Assembly: GCA_002189035.1 (NCBI GenBank)
Contig: CM007991.1
Location: 5,084,001 to 5,148,000 of the forward strand
DNA: 64,000 bases
From: Utricularia gibba
Taxonomy: Eukaryota; Plantae; Magnoliophyta
Direction of reading: 5' to 3'
Shown: piece by piece, positions 63,501 through 64,000 of the stretch
Layout of the letters: each line of letters opens with the position of its first letter
Position numbering within the stretch: the first letter of the stretch is position 1
Program-made: the position numbers and the translations under genes
The notes under the pieces: model-generated
Seen by the model: the letters and a program-made list of their open reading frames with translations, nothing else
What the model was told of the DNA's origin: nothing
Database searches by the model: none

Positions 63501-64000
63501 GATATGTATTTCACTGTTATGATTTATAGATAAGCTTTATTAAGGCTAGGAATAGAACAAATGTGAAGGGAAAAACATTTTGAAGGAGGAAAAATGTGAG
63601 GAAACAAAAGATAAATTTGCTAATAGCAAAACTTTAAGAACGATTTGCACAGTCATGGATTTTAATCTCATGAGAGCAATGGAGCTATAATAAATTAACA
63701 AATTTTTGCAAGCATATAGAAGAGACATAAATGAGGGGTTTTGAATTTAGAAGGAGCTCATTTGGACAAGGATAAGTAGGATGATGGGTTCTAAATTTAT
63801 ATTGTATGTTTTACATGCAAATTTGTGTTTAAGTGATACCTATATATTGCATGATTCTTATGTACTGATTGGATATTATTCTTTAGATATTATGAACATG
63901 ATTTTTTTCACCTCTTTTAGTGTTCAATACATTTTTAAAATATTCATTGGTTTGGAAATAAGAGCAGGAAGTTATGAATTTTCTTTTAAAACTTTTCAAA

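Noticed and set aside
60700-64000. AT-rich tail with faint LTR-like fragments (~62000-63500) and a 60-aa ORF
   Set aside because: No termini, TSDs or coding motifs that I can support.
1-64000. Species assignment
   Set aside because: The genes indicate an angiosperm, but nothing visible supports a finer call.

Overview
This is plant nuclear DNA. Roughly the first 56 kb is a nest of decayed transposons: Athila-type Ty3/gypsy elements, Ty1/copia relics, a Tat-type relic, about ten unpaired LTRs and a large hAT-family element. Two host genes are present. One is a MORF3/RIP3-like organellar RNA-editing factor (9833-11153, minus strand) with an apparent 1-nt frameshift in exon 1. The other is an intact six-exon type-B cytokinin response regulator (ARR1/ARR2-like, 58084-60505, plus strand). 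Five observations stand out. (1) The two termini of one hAT insertion, sharing the 8-bp TSD TGTATTAC, now lie 23 kb apart and point the same way, which implies an inversion of about 22 kb that split one LTR. (2) The hAT region carries cargo: a Transposase_28-like/NIF-phosphatase chimera with GT-AG introns and a second Transposase_28-like gene. (3) This cargo is bracketed by an Athila 5' LTR-PBS-gag start and a PPT-3' LTR. (4) The 10-bp palindrome CTTGCGCAAG is strongly over-represented across one Athila element, in its LTR and in two different codon phases of its coding region. (5) A foldback with ~135-bp arms sits at a junction between two LTR families. All alignments and family calls were made by eye from motifs; no database search was run. 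Exact termini and splice sites were counted from the sequence, and other boundaries are approximate.
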